The notes under the pieces were generated by a model. The model saw nothing but the letters and a program-made list of their open reading frames with translations. It was not told the origin of the DNA and ran no database searches. Positions 19,695-20,000 of a DNA stretch of 20,000 nt are shown one piece after another. The number at the start of each line of letters is the position of its first letter. Positions within the stretch are counted from its first letter, which is position 1. Made by a program: the position numbers and the translations under genes. The stretch comes from Catajapyx aquilonaris (taxonomy: Eukaryota), in NCBI GenBank assembly GCA_000934665.2, contig JYFJ02001669.1, positions 60,184 through 80,183 on the forward strand, in the 5' to 3' direction.

Positions 19695-20000
19695 CTTCAA
19701 GGCGAAGGCACCAGATGCGCCATTGGCCCTGACCTGTTGCACGATTACTTTAGGCGGGCGTACGAGGAGAGACCGTGGGATCCTTCGTTTTACCCGTGGC
19801 GTCTGGATCGCCCTGAGATGCCCATGCCACCATTTACTTCTCAAGAGGTTCGTGCTAAACTGCGCCGGTGCGAAAACTCAGCTCCCGGAGAAGATCGGCT
19901 GTAGTCCTACCATCATTGGAAAAGACTTGACCCTGAGGCGGTGCTCCTTTCGACACTGTTCAATATGTGCCTGCGTCACCGGCGTATCCCGGAAGCTTGG
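19695..20000 (+). mobile_element. 5'-truncated non-LTR retrotransposon RT N-terminal region (R2/NeSL group, Utopia-like), running off the window
   Basis: PFTSQEVRAKLRRCENSAPGEDRL*SYHHWKRLDPEAVLLSTLFNMCLRHRRIPEAW contains the RT domain-0 APG.D motif and FN.C....IP..W; in-frame TAG at 19902. Confidence 0.85.

Noticed and set aside
1..20000. CRISPR array or prokaryotic defence operon
   Set aside because: No short regularly spaced repeats; spliceosomal introns, SINEs and LINEs show the DNA is eukaryotic.

Overview
Eukaryotic (most likely invertebrate metazoan; inferred) genomic DNA containing a head-to-tail tandem array of intron-containing F-box/leucine-rich-repeat (FBXL-type) genes, all on the + strand. 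Three copies look intact once GT-AG introns are removed: A 2940-4357 (401 aa), B 6232-7693 (415 aa) and C 9079-10813 (458 aa, with an extra 51-aa exon). At least six further copies are broken, deleted or shuffled, and flanking modules at both window edges indicate the array continues. Paralog differences cluster just after the LxxLxL beta-strand motifs. The orphan LRR fragments keep open frames, and one pseudogene carries a ~155-bp near-perfect inverted duplication that could form a hairpin RNA. Mobile DNA is abundant: a hAT-type MITE, a tRNA-derived V-SINE-like element, a second retroelement end sharing the SINE's stem-loop tail with compensatory changes, a 5'-truncated LINE, a Harbinger-like remnant, a Ulp1-protease-bearing transposon fragment, a bipartite LINE-derived element and an R2/NeSL(Utopia)-like RT fragment. 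All family assignments come from motif recognition by eye; no database searches were run.
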